A stretch of 63,464 bases of DNA, the filler included, from Octopus bimaculoides (Eukaryota): assembly GCF_001194135.2 (NCBI RefSeq). It is 5 parts of 5 records of this genome, joined end to end, with 100 filler letters (N's around TTAATTAATTAA, not from the genome) between each part and the next. Parts side by side here need not be neighbours in the genome. Positions count along the whole stretch, not along the records: positions 31,649 to 56,080 come from NC_068984.1; positions 56,181 to 58,278 come from NC_069000.1; positions 58,379 to 63,464 come from NC_069007.1; 2 more parts are not named here. One strand, 5' to 3'. Below are positions 52,072-63,325 of the stretch, piece after piece (the first letter of the stretch is position 1; the number at the start of each line of letters is the position of its first letter). A model generated the notes under the pieces. It saw nothing but the letters and a program-made list of their open reading frames with translations, was not told the DNA's origin and did not search any database. Position numbers and translations under genes: made by a program.

Positions 52072-52467
52072 TTTGAACTGGGAGAACAAAAGTGTTAGGA
52101 ATGGAATGATGAAATTTTGGGTAGAACACAGAGACAAAAACAATTTGGCTTCCCCGAGTTTATTACGGTAGCCTATCACAGATTATATCTTATACAATTG
52201 TAGACGATTCCAAGCTGATTAGTAAAATATCCAAACATGCTTTTGATAATTCTTTTTAAAAAAATTTTTGTTTTAATCTTAATAGTAACAATTATAATTA
52301 TAATAATGATAATATAAGAAATCTGTTTTTTTTTTAATCCACAAAACAAGTTTAGAATAAATCTCCCAAGAAAATTAGCTGCGTCACATGGTCCTAGTGG
52401 AACTCTTTTAACCGAAAAAATGGGTCTGTAGACTTCCAAAAGTTTTTATTTGTCAAAGCCAGGATCT
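52072..52467 (-). other. Candidate 5'UTR part of the neurexin exon, with two possible splice acceptors (exon starts at 52467 or 52077)
   Basis: Minus strand shows TTTATTATTTTTCTTCTATTTTCAG|AGATCC (exon start 52467) and TCCTAACACTTTTGTTCTCCCAG|TTCAAAATG (exon start 52077). No transcript evidence is available. Confidence 0.55.
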
Positions 52468-52744
52468 CTGAAAATAGAAGAAAAATAATAAATAACTCAT
52501 ATTTGTTTTATTGAAGTTTATTGAGTTGTGAAAAAACGAGTAAAAATTTGTTAGTTTTTATTTATGTCACTCTATGCTCTGGGTTCAGCAGATATTATAG
52601 CCGACACTGCTTTTTATGTTTCAAATAAAATTAGACCAGTAATATATTGAGGAGGATACTGTCACGACTGTGTATCTGCCTAGTCCAAAGAAGTAAATAT
52701 TTAGTACAGACACAACATCATTACATTATAAATGTGGAATATAA

Positions 52745-52944
52745 TCCTTTCTACAAGACCTGGAATTTTCAGGTAAGGTGCTAGTCGATTAGGTCGACCC
52801 CAGTACGCAACTGGTACTTAATTTATCGACCCCGAAAAGATGAAAGGCAAAGTCGACGGAATTTGAATTCAGAACGTAAAGACAGACGAAATACCGCTAA
52901 GTAATTCGCCAGGCGTGCTAACGTTTCTACCAGCTCGCCACCTT
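52745..52944 (-). mobile_element. SINE family B copy upstream of the neurexin exon
   Basis: Reverse complement of the family B head and core. Confidence 0.85.
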
Positions 52945-54424
52945 TTAATAATCAAGCATGATAACACTGTTATAACCAGTTATGATCAGTTAAAATAACC
53001 AAATGTAACAACCATGTTATTATCAGTCATACTAACCAAATTATAATAACCATGTATCTTAATTAGTAGAAGCTAGTAAAATGAACGCTTTGTTATGTTT
53101 TCGTTGACCTACAATACAAAATTCTGTAACAAGATTATTTTTTTTGTAAGAGTCACAGAATTGTTGAACGCATGGAATAGATTAGTAATTTAATTAGAAT
53201 GTAGCTTTATGGCTTGAATTTGACATATTCAAGATGATTTATTTTTTGGCTTCAGAACTGCATGTTTTTTTTTATAGTTTAGTTGGAGAAGGAAGAGCAG
53301 TGTCCTAGATCAGAATCAGGATCTCTGAGATTGATGCGTGGAAAGTATTCTCAGAACGGGAGTCTGGTTTGAATGCTTGCAACAGCGTGAACTTCATTGA
53401 ATGCACCCAAGGTTTTACGTGCTGGTTTTAAACCGGGCAACGAATTAAGCCAAACAGCCGGGCAGAAAAACATAAATAGTGTCTTCGATGGGTTTCCATA
53501 CAATTTACGTCCACCAAAGTTCACTCACAAGGTTCTGGTTGACCAAAGGCTATTATAGAATCTGCTTTTGCAGGGCAACACTCAGGGAAATCAAGCCCAA
53601 AACACGTAGTTGCGAAGCGAACGTTTTTTAATCACATAAGTAAACTAAATTAAAAAATGACTTTATATTGATGTCGCACCATCGATAGGACATTTTGAAT
53701 TATTGATTATCTCATATGATCTATAGAAATGAAAACAATCGACTACAGCTATAAAATTTTATCATATATACTAAACCGATATAGAATTAGCTATGCAGGC
53801 AAAACAGGCGGCTACTTATCGTGTTGTGTTCTCTCATTCATTTTGTTTAATCTATATAACGTATTTAAAGCAATACATTTAAATTATCATTTGAGATAGT
53901 ATAATGAAACTAAACACAATTATTTCAGACTTATTATATGTGTTTTATATATAAAGAAACTCAATGAACCAATGAATGCAGTACTCCATGGTGACGCCAT
54001 TCTACATACTGAGTTCAGTTCCTGTAGCGCTGACTCTGTTTTTCATCTGACTGGATTGGTTGTTGCTGCTGTTGATGTTTAGCTCCGGTTAACCCTGACC
54101 AGAGATCTACGATTTAAGGCATTCATCTGTGATAATCAGATCTTTTCATTTTTTCTTTTTTGATGTTTCAGACATGATGCAACCAGAATGACGTAATCAG
54201 TCTTGAAATTTTTAAAAGACTGTGCGAAGGCCGATTTGGGGAAGATTTGGCTGCTATTTCTAACAAAGTCAAAGCAACCACAAAAATATTCCTTATTTCG
54301 CTCGTCTGGGCGAATTACTAAAATAGCTACAAGAGATATACTGGAAATCGAAACGACTGACCATGTCCATTCCCTCTAAATTTGTAACTTTCGACAAACA
54401 TTTAGAACTCCTTATTAGTTGTAA

Positions 54425-54645
54425 GGAAGGCGGCGAACTGGCAGAACCGTTAGCACGTCTGACAAAATGCTTCATGGCATTTCTTCTTGCTTTACGTTGA
54501 GTTCAAATGCTGCCGAGGTCGACTTTGCCTTTTATCATTTTGAGATCAATGAGATAAATATCAGTTGAACATTGGGGTTGATGTAAGCGACTAGTTTCCT
54601 CTCCTCCAAATTTCAGGCCTTGTGCCTGTAGTAGAAAGAATTATT
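54425..54645 (+). mobile_element. SINE family B copy
   Basis: AAGGCGGCGAACTGGCAGAACCGTTAGC..CAGGCCTTGTGCCTGTAGTAGAAAG. Confidence 0.85.
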
Positions 54646-56080
54646 AGTGGTAAGGATAATTGGAATGAAAAAAAAAAAAAACAGCAGAATTCTGCAATAA
54701 AATGCATTGAAGAATTTACTACCACCTCGTTTCCACCGTAACCGTTTCTACACGCATGTATGGCCTTATTCGAACGCAATAATTCAATATTAACTAGATT
54801 TATGCACTAACATTATTTTCCATTTCATACCAATTCATTCCAACATAAAATCAACTTTAATCAGTTTTTACGAAAATTAGCAATTTCATTAATTTATTTT
54901 GAAATTAATTTCATCATAAGCATGTAACTCTAATCATTTTCATTTTTACGAAAATCAACAATTTTGCCACCTATTCCCAAAAGATCGATATCTTTGACAC
55001 CAATCACCCAATATTTATATAGATAGTTTCTTTCATGTCTAATGCTTAAGATATAATAATGTTATTGATTTTTATTTTCTTGTATTAATGTTGAATAAAG
55101 CTTTGTATGTGAGAAACAAGAATGCAAGTATGCTGGCACATGTTGTGTGCTCTGGTACATAGCTTATTCGCTGTTTCGACTAAAGAGTAAATCAAATATA
55201 ACAAGAACTTACATATGTAATCGAGTAATGAAGCACAACGCTCATCCGAATTTCACTTGTAACTGTTTACTTCGCCGATTATCTGTAACTGTTTTTTTAT
55301 GCAACTTTTTCTGTAACTGTTTACTTGGTTTTTACAAACATCCTGAAAAATAGCAGAGAAAAAACGGAAGACTTGAAAAAACGATTTAAAAGGCAGAAGT
55401 ATTTAGTGAGATGTACGATAATGTATAAATACTATAGCAACCAAAAACTACCAAAAATAGTGAACATATACGGTGGATTGGCATTCGTTAAAGTGTCGTA
55501 TACAATGCTTATCGATATTTGTGCCGATATTCTGAGTTCAAATCTTGCTGAGGACAACTTCATCTTTTATTGTCGATAATAAAGTACTATTTTAGAGAGC
55601 GAGATGCTTTGCAGCATTTATTCCGATATTTTACGTGAGTTCAAATCCCACCGTTTTCTACTTGGGTGAGAGACTTAATGGTGTCACCAAGTTTAATACC
55701 TCCTGACATCTTGAGTACCTTTAGCAGAACCCAAGCATTCGGGCTAAGTTTTCCGCCTCCGTCTAATAAAGGACTAGGAGTACTGCTTTTCGTCTTGATT
55801 AGACGATTAAAAAAGACAAAAGACACAGAAATAAAGCATACATGGGTTTCATATTCCCTCTGGAGATCAAGATTTTATGTTAACTTTACTGCCAAAGCAA
55901 GTTCCTTCTCCGAGTTGCATTCTCTTATCTACAGGTGGCACACATTGAGATTAAGCTCCCCAAATCTTGTTATATACGCGACACTCAAACAACTTTCAAT
56001 AAAATTACAAAACGGCGTCTTAAGTTGCTAGAATTAGCCTTTAAATATTAGTATATATATATATATATATATATATATAT

Positions 56081-56180
56081 NNNNNNNNNNNNNNNNNNNN
56101 NNNNNNNNNNNNNNNNNNNNNNNNTTAATTAATTAANNNNNNNNNNNNNNNNNNNNNNNNNNNNNNNNNNNNNNNNNNNN
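56081..56180. other. Artificial scaffold linker
   Basis: 44 N + TTAATTAATTAA + 44 N. Confidence 0.95.
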
Positions 56181-56394
56181 AGGATTCTGGATTATTTTTC
56201 CTTTTTTTTTTCTTTTTTTACTTAATTTTTGAGAGCGGTCAGGTTCATTTGTTGTATTCTCATTTGTGAGAGCAATCGAGTTTATTTCAGATATTCCCAT
56301 TTTAAAAACCATCTCCGGCTAATCGTTGAGAGGACATTGGTGCTGCCTTGGCAGAGGCTTGTACTCTCTGAGTGCTCTTGTTATTATTAATATG

Positions 56395-56612
56395 GTTGCG
56401 ACCTGGCAGTGTTGTTAGCACGCCGTGCAAAATACTTAGAGGCCTGTCGTGCGTCCTTACGTTCTGAGTTCAAACTCCGCCGAAGTTTACTTTGCCCTTT
56501 ATCCTTTCGGAGTCGGTAAAATAAATACCATTTGAACACTGGGGTCCATGTAATTGAGTTATCCCCTCCCTCTAAATTACTGGCCTTCTGTCAAGATTTG
56601 AACCCGTTATTA
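56395..56612 (+). mobile_element. SINE family B copy
   Basis: Family B core with a GGCCTTCTGTCAAGATTTGAACC tail variant. Confidence 0.8.
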
Positions 56613-56659
56613 TATTGCAAACTTAAGGCGACAAGCTGACCACAATACTTAGTTTGCTC

Positions 56660-56885
56660 TTAAAGCCTGGTACTTATTCTAATCCCGCTTTTATCGAACG
56701 TCTAAGTTACGGGGACGTAAATGAACCAACACCGGTTGTCAAGCGGTAGTGGGGATCAATCACAGACGCAGAGACATACATGCAAATATATATGTATATA
56801 TATGTGCGTGTTTGTAAATATATATTCTTTTATTCTTTTACTTGTTTAAGTCATTTGACTGCGGTCATGCTGGAGCACCGCCTAA
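56660..56885 (-). mobile_element. SINE family A, 3' fragments
   Basis: TAAGTTACGGGGACGTAAA and GTCATTTGACTGCGGTCATGCTGGAGCACCGCC match family A. Confidence 0.8.
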
Positions 56886-56969
56886 ATGTATCCCTGTAAC
56901 TTTTATTCACCCCATCACCCTCCCATTTTACTTCATACTTTAGTTTCTTCATTATAACCAATACAATTT

Positions 56970-57205
56970 TTTATTTCTTTATTGCCGACAAGGGGCTAAA
57001 CATAGAGGGGGACAAACAAGGACAGACAAAGGGATTAAGTCGATCGCATCGACTCCAATGCGTAACTGGTACTTAATTTATTGACCCCGAAAGGATGAAA
57101 GGCAAAGTCGACGTCCATAGAATTTGAACTCAGAACGTAAAGACGGACGAAATACCAGTAAGCATTTCGCTCGGCGTACTAACGTTTCTGTCAGCTCGCT
57201 GCCTT
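56970..57205 (-). mobile_element. Full-length SINE family B with a Tx1-like tail
   Basis: Reverse complement aligns with 12270-12503. Confidence 0.88.
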
Positions 57206-58278
57206 ATAACCAATGTATTTCTCCGTCTCCAAAACGGCTGTTCCAAGGCGTTTCATATTCGTTCGAGGACACATAAACTTAAATACAGTTACAGTGATAC
57301 ATTGATCTACAGTATTTAACTTTAAATAGATAAATACATTATGTAAGATGTAATGCTGTTTTTGATTGCACAGAACTAGCACAACCATCTATCAATATTT
57401 GAATTTTATTTAATCAGGTTTCTAGGTCCTCGACTGGCACATTTATTTAATCAAACTTTTAATGAGTATTTGCTAATCATAACATGAGCTTCTGGACAGC
57501 CCTCCAATACTTAACAATTACGAAGTGCGATTAAATGCAAATAAATTTAAACGTTATAGAAAAATAGAATAGAATCAAATGAATGACAGAAGCTTAAATG
57601 CGTCTTCATATTTCATCGGAAGCATTCCTGTGAAGTTCTCAATTCTCCATTGATTTCTAATTTTAGGAAGATATTTCAACAGTTTAATAACAGCTGAACA
57701 AATTTGCTGTGTAGCTTTGTCTGCATAAAATTTATATGATGTAACAGATGGGTGAACGCTGATACTATTGTATTTGCCAGGGATTATTATAGACGAATGT
57801 TAAACGAAGGCGGCGAGCTGGCAGAGTGGTTAAAGAGTCGGATAAGAATATTTAGCGGCATTTTTTTCTTTTTAACCTTTACGTTCTGAGTTCAAATTCT
57901 GTAGGGGTCAACTTTCCTTTTATCTCTTTCAGGGTCGATAAAATAATCATCAGTTAAGCACTGGGGTGGATTTATTCGACGTAGTACCACCCCGCACGAA
58001 CTTGTTGGCCTTTTGCTAAACTTTGGAATCATAAGCATACGGATTAAAGGCAGCGGGTTGGCAGAATTAGTAGCGCATCAGATAAACTGTTTAGTGGCAT
58101 TTCTTCCGGCTTAATTCTGAGTTCAAATCCCTCTGAAGTTGACTTTGCCTTTCCTCCTTTTGGGGTCGATGAAATAAGTACCAGATACGCACTGGGGTCG
58201 ATTTAATCGACTCGGACCTCTTCCCCCAAATTTCAGGCCTTGTGCCTTTAGTAGAAAGGATTTTCATATGTGTATATC

Positions 58279-58378
58279 NNNNNNNNNNNNNNNNNNNNNN
58301 NNNNNNNNNNNNNNNNNNNNNNTTAATTAATTAANNNNNNNNNNNNNNNNNNNNNNNNNNNNNNNNNNNNNNNNNNNN
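58279..58378. other. Artificial scaffold linker
   Basis: 44 N + TTAATTAATTAA + 44 N. Confidence 0.95.
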
Positions 58379-59544
58379 ATTATTTATATTTATTTATTTA
58401 TGTTTATTTATATATTATTTATATTTATTTATTTATTATATATATTTATATATTATTCATATTTATTTATTTATTATATATATTTATATATTATTTATTT
58501 ATATTTATATATAATTTCGCTTCGTCAAATCTTCCCCTCGCTTTATTATGATTTTTTAATATTTTTATTTTTTAGAAAAATAAACGTTTATTTGTATAAA
58601 AGATATTTACACTGACTTATTTATTGCTGTTGTTGCTGTTATCATCATCATTGTTATTATTATTAAGGTGGTGAGCTGGCAGAATCGTTAGCATGCTTAA
58701 TGAAATGCTTAACATTATGTCATATGTTGCTGCGTTCTGAGTTCAAATTTTGCTGAGGTCACCTTTGCCTTTCATCCTTTCGGGGTCGATTAAATAAGTA
58801 CCAGTTACACACTGGAGGTCGATGTAATCAACTTAATCCCTTCCCCCAATTTTTGAGGCCTTGTGTTTCCAGTAGAAAGAACTATCATTATTATTGTTAA
58901 TGATAATAATAAGGTGGTGAACTGGCAGAGTCGGTAGCATTCCAGGCAAAATGCTTAGCTGCATTTCATCCATCTTCTGAGTTCAAATTCTGCCAAGGTT
59001 GACTTTGCGTTTCATTCTTTCGGGGTCAATAAAATGAGTGCCAGTCAGGCACTGGGGTTGATGCAATCAACTAGCCCCCTCCCCCAAAATTCCAGGCCTT
59101 GTGCCTATAGCAGAAAGGATCATTATTATTAATTATTATTATTATTATTATTATTAAAGCAGCAAGCTGTCAGAATCATTAGCATGCTGGACAAAATAGT
59201 TAAAGGCATTTTATAAGCCTTTATGTTCCGAGTTCAAATTCCACCAATGTCAACTTTGCTTTTCATCTTTTGGGGGTCGACAAATGGGCACTGGGGCCAA
59301 CGCAATTGACTGGCCTCCTTCTCAAAGTTTCAGGACCTTGTGCCTATAGTAAAAATTATTATTATTATTGTTATTATCATTATTATTATAAAGGCAGATA
59401 GGTGCCAGAGTCGTTANNNNNNNNNNTTTGCCTTTCATCGTTTCGGGGTCGATGATTTAAGTACCAGTAACGCACTGGGGGTCGATATAATCGACTAGTC
59501 CCCAATCCATAAATTTCAGGGCCTTTGCCTATAGTAGAAATTTG

Positions 59545-59690
59545 GGTTTCCACTCACAATCGCGAGTTCATGGTTTCAATTCCTAGACTCGGTGAGGCAT
59601 TGTATTCTTGAGCAAAACACTTCATCTCACGTTGCTCTGCATTCGTTCGACACCTGACGCGTGGCACACTGTGCACCCGTTCAAGCAGCG
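59545..59690 (+). mobile_element. CORE-type SINE 5' fragment
   Basis: CTCACAATCGCGAG..GGTTTCAATTCC..TTCTTGAGCAAAACACTT..CACGTTGCTC; related to 60527-60640. Confidence 0.6.
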
Positions 59691-59994
59691 CCACGCACTC
59701 GTTAATTGCTTCTCTTTACACCCCTGACATATATGAAAGGGAGGCAATTATTTCTTGTATACAAGAATTATTTCCCTTCTTTTGTTTTTATATTCTGAAA
59801 GCTTGAAACAAATGACTATATATGGTTAGCACGATGGGCAAGATGCTTAGCGGCATTTCGTCTGTCTTTACGTTCTGAGTTCAAATTCCGTCGAAGTCGA
59901 CTTCGCCGTTCATCCTTTCGGAATCAATAAAATGAATACCAGTTGAGGACTAGGGACCCAAACTTGGTGACCTTGTGCCAAAATTTGAAACCAA

Positions 59995-60103
59995 TCATCA
60001 TCATCATCATCGTTTAACGTCCGCTTTCCATGCTAGCATGGGTTGGACGATTTGACTGAGGACTGGTCAAACCGGATGGCTACGCCAGGCTCCAATCTAA
60101 TTT
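59995..60103 (-). mobile_element. 5'-truncated family D copy
   Basis: (CAT)n CGTTTAACGTCC..CAGGCTCCAATCTAATTT. Confidence 0.88.
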
Positions 60104-60182
60104 AAACATATTATCCTTTATTTTGTCAAGCTTTCAGCAAAATAAGACCAAATAAATAAATAAATAGAAATAAGATAGACGG

Positions 60183-60295
60183 GAGATAACTCTTGTATAC
60201 AACGTTTACCTCATCTTGAGATAAATAAATGTTTAATTATCTCAATGCTTAATCGAGATAATTAAGCATTGTAGCTTGTATACAAAGCTTATCTC
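60183..60295. repeat. Nested palindromic element
   Basis: Outer arms GAGATAACTCTTGTATACAA / TTGTATACAAAGCTTATCTC. Inner pairs AATTATCTC/GAGATAATT and CAATGCTTAAT/ATTAAGCATTG. Confidence 0.7.
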
Positions 60296-60526
60296 TGAGG
60301 CCTCCCAGCCTCAGGACTGTGCAGTGTCATCATTCTCGACTGGCTTGGCAGCAACTGTCTGTACATCAGTGTTTCCTTGAGGTTTGACCTCCAAATCTGT
60401 GGGCCTCACAAATGCTACTGGGAATTCACTGTGGATTCTTTTAGGCGTCTACTCATTGTCATGCCATTATAGTACTGGCTACCTTCCATGCAATGTTGCT
60501 CTCAGCCTAGAGGCTGCAGCGTGAAG

Positions 60527-60640
60527 GTGCATAGCTCAGTGGTTAGAGCGTCGGGCTCACAATCGTGAGAGAGTTTGGTCCAATTCCCAAACCGGGCTGT
60601 GTGTTGTGTTCTTAGGCAAGACACTTTATTTCATGTTACT
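60527..60640 (+). mobile_element. CORE-type SINE head
   Basis: GGTGCATAGCTCAGTGGTTAGAGCGTCGGGCTCACAATC..GTGTTCTTAGGCAAGACACTTTATTTCATGTT. Confidence 0.7.
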
Positions 60641-60685
60641 TGTGGAAAGATTCTAACTACCCCCATGTGGCCAAAAGTGGACTAA

Positions 60686-60752
60686 CACTGCTTGGAATCG
60701 AACTCGGAATCTTGGGGTTAGTAGCCCACGCTCTTAACCACTACGCCGTGGG
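60686..60752 (-). mobile_element. tRNA-derived SINE head fragment
   Basis: Minus strand reads GGCGTAGTGGTTAAGAGCGTGGGCTACTAACCCCAAGATTCCGAGTTCGATTCC, with A- and B-box-like motifs but no complete cloverleaf. Confidence 0.7.
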
Positions 60753-60949
60753 CAATTCTAGAGTGAATTTTAGGGCTTATAAATCTAATATTTTCTTATC
60801 CTACCTTAATACCGGTTCCCATATGTTGTTCATATCTGCACTCGGTCTGCATAGGAGGTGTTGTGTCCTAGCATATGTGCTTGTTCTTTTAGTTTTCGTA
60901 TTTTCCAGTGGTGTTCTCTCTCTATTATTCTAACTTCATCCAACAGGAG

Positions 60950-61140
60950 GGGGTTCCGAGTTCGATTCCAAGCATTGACCAGAATAATAATAATAATAAT
61001 AACAAAAAATACCTTTGGAGTGAGAACCCAGGTTCGAAATTTCCCGAAGACACCTGATGAAGGCTGGAGGGTATATCAGCCAAAACGTGTTAACAATAAA
61101 CAAGATGAGGACAAATATCCATCAAATGTAAATAATGTAT
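60950..61140 (+). mobile_element. Retroposon with a tRNA-like B-box remnant, an (AAT)n spacer and a degenerate hammerhead motif (61049-61091)
   Basis: TTCCGAGTTCGATTCCAAGCA is shared with the tRNA-like head at 60686-60752 (minus). It is followed by GACAC-CTGATGA-A-GGCTG(10 nt)CAGCC-AAAA-C-GTGTT. Confidence 0.55.
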
Positions 61141-62169
61141 AATGTCCATGAATTTGTTGTTATACAATAAAATATAGGGGCAATAATAAGAGCCACAACA
61201 ACATTTATGGCAAATAACAATTAATGTGAAACTGAAATGGGACAGATTAAGTCTACAACCAAAGGTAGCTAGAATTGTAATTAGATTTTTAGGCAAATAA
61301 ATAATTTGGTAGATAGGTAGATTGTTGATAGATTATAGGCAAACTAGACAGATAGCTGGATTGGTTGTAGGGTAACTAGATAAACAGACAGCAGGGTTAT
61401 TTGTCAGGTATTTAGACAGACTGGTAGAAAATTTGGTAGGCTGTGAGGTAGCAAAATAGAGAGATAGCTGGGTTGGTTGTAGGGTAAGTATTTAGTCAGT
61501 TAGGTAAATTGTAAGGTATCGAAGCAGATGGGTAGTTGTAGGATATCTTGATAAGCAGATAGTTGGGTAGACTGTAGAGTATTTNNNNNNNNNNNNNNNN
61601 NNNNNNNNNNNNNNNNNNNNNNNNNNNNNNNNNNNNNNNNNNNNNNNNNNNNNNNNNNNNNNNNNNNNNNNNNNNNNNNNNNNNNNNNNNNNNNNNNNNN
61701 NNNNNNNNNNNNNNNNNNNNNNNNNNNNNNNNNNNNNNNNNNNNNNNNNNNNNNNNNNNNNNNNNNNNNNNNNNNNNNNNNNNNNNNNNNNNNNNNNNNN
61801 NNNNNNNNNNNNNNNNNNNNNNNNNNNNNNNNNNNNNNNNNNNNNNNNNNNNNNNNNNNNNNNNNNNNNNNNNNNNNNNNNNNNNNNNNNNNNNNNNNNN
61901 NNNNNNNNNNNNNNNNNNNNNNNNNNNNNNNNNNNNNNNNNNNNNNNNNNNNNNNNNNNNNNNNNNNNNNNNAGCTAGAGAGATAGGTTGATAGATTGCA
62001 GGATGATTAGGTAAACAGACAAGTTGATAGCCGGGTAAGTTGTCAGGTAGCCTGATAGACAGATAGGTAAATAGCTAGATAGATAAGTAGATAATTATGC
62101 AAGTGTGAGTTTGTATTCATCTGTAAACAACTACCCAACATCCTATCGAGCAATCTACTTATCGTTTGA

Positions 62170-62340
62170 CTACCACCACCACCACCACCACACCACTCTC
62201 TCCACCACTACCACCACTATTGCCATCACTACCACCATCACCACTACCACTACCACCACTATCACCATTGTCTTCAACACCACCCCTACTATCTCCTCCA
62301 CAACCATCACCACCACCACTACCACTACCACTTACACTAA
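62170..62340. repeat. Degenerate (ACC/ACT)n microsatellite
   Basis: Direct inspection. Confidence 0.9.
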
Positions 62341-62379
62341 ACCCTGCTAGTTAGAGCAATTAGCCAAGAAACACTTGAC

Positions 62380-62657
62380 CATCAAGAAGTGCTCTCCGTT
62401 TTAATAAGGTCATCAGAGAATATGCTGGACATGCGGCCATTCTGTTTTTGGACAGATAGGTGTTGGTCCAGATTTGTCAAGACCTCTTCTATGCGTCTGA
62501 GGCTGTCCTCAAATTTACCCTCCTGCTTTGCGGTATTTGGTGGACGGTATGTTGAGCATACAACTACAACAATTTGTTTTATGTGTACTATTAAAGTATC
62601 ACAGACGGAGTTTGAGTGTGATAGGAGTAGTAGGGGTGTGACATCTTCTCGGATGTA
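62380..62657 (-). mobile_element. APE endonuclease fragment of a CR1/Jockey-group LINE, running into an N gap
   Basis: Encodes YIREDVTPLLLLSHSNSVCDTLIVHIKQIVVVVCSTYRPPNT, with the YIRE and YRPP motifs. Confidence 0.7.
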
Positions 62658-63119
62658 NNNNNNNNNNNNNNNNNNNNNNNNNNNNNNNNNNNNNNNNNNN
62701 NNNNNNNNNNNNNNNNNNNNNNNNNNNNNNNNNNNNNNNNNNNNNNNNNNNNNNNNNATTTTATTTACTCCATGTACCCAGACCTTGTGGACACCCTGTA
62801 TATTCCTTCAAATTTTAAGTAACTAGTCCACACAAAAGCTTAATTGTACAAATATTTTTTCGTGTGATAAAGTATGTGCACATTGTATGTTCGTGAAAAT
62901 GTGAAAATGAAATTGCTTTGAGATAATTTTGGCACAGTCTATGCAAATAAAATTATATTAGTATGTCTTAGTGCAATCTTCAGGTCTTAATTTGAAGTAC
63001 CAAATGAGATATTTCTTGACACATACTGTGGTTTCATCAACTGTTAAGATGTGAAAATCTGCTGATGCTATTTCTCCAAATGTAGCTCTCTTGGGCAATG
63101 TAGCTAGAAATCCCAAGTT

Positions 63120-63325
63120 GGCAAGAATTCTTAGCAAGCTATGAAAAATGCTTAATGGCATTTCATCCGTCTTTAATGTTCTGAGTTCAGATTCTGCTGA
63201 GGTCAACTATGTCATTCATCCTTTCGGGGTCGATAAAATAAATACAAGTTGAGCACTGGGATTGATGTAATTGACTCAGCCCCTCCCCCGAAAGTACCGG
63301 CATTGTACCATAATTTGAAACCAAT
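63120..63325 (+). mobile_element. SINE family B copy
   Basis: TTCTGAGTTCAGATTCTGCTGAGGTCAAC..CATCCTTTCGGGGTCGATAAAATAA. Confidence 0.82.

Larger units (their letters stand above)
57805..59990 (+). mobile_element. Cluster of about seven co-oriented SINE family B copies, four of them head-to-tail (58665-59540)
   Basis: Approximate copies: 57805-58010, 58045-58262, 58665-58885, 58912-59120, 59155-59352, 59389-59540, 59825-59990. The central four are separated only by (ATT)n-like tracts. Confidence 0.85.

Noticed and set aside
51331-52179. Full 282-aa ORF as the neurexin CDS
   Set aside because: The track start is a non-ATG codon. The first ATG with a signal peptide is 52071, and the last residues (KLYAI) read into the intron past the GTAAGT donor.
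55666-56031. 121-aa ORF upstream of neurexin
   Set aside because: Non-ATG start, begins next to SINE remnants, no recognisable domain.
60300-60430. Protein-like minus-strand stretch EFPVAFVRPTDLEVKPQGNTDVQTVAAKPVENDDTAQS*
   Set aside because: An in-frame stop lies just upstream, there is no credible acceptor, and I do not recognise the peptide.
18965-60752. tRNA genes at the heads of SINE families A, B and C and at 60527 and 60686
   Set aside because: They have A/B boxes but no complete acceptor stem or cloverleaf, and each continues into a repeat body.
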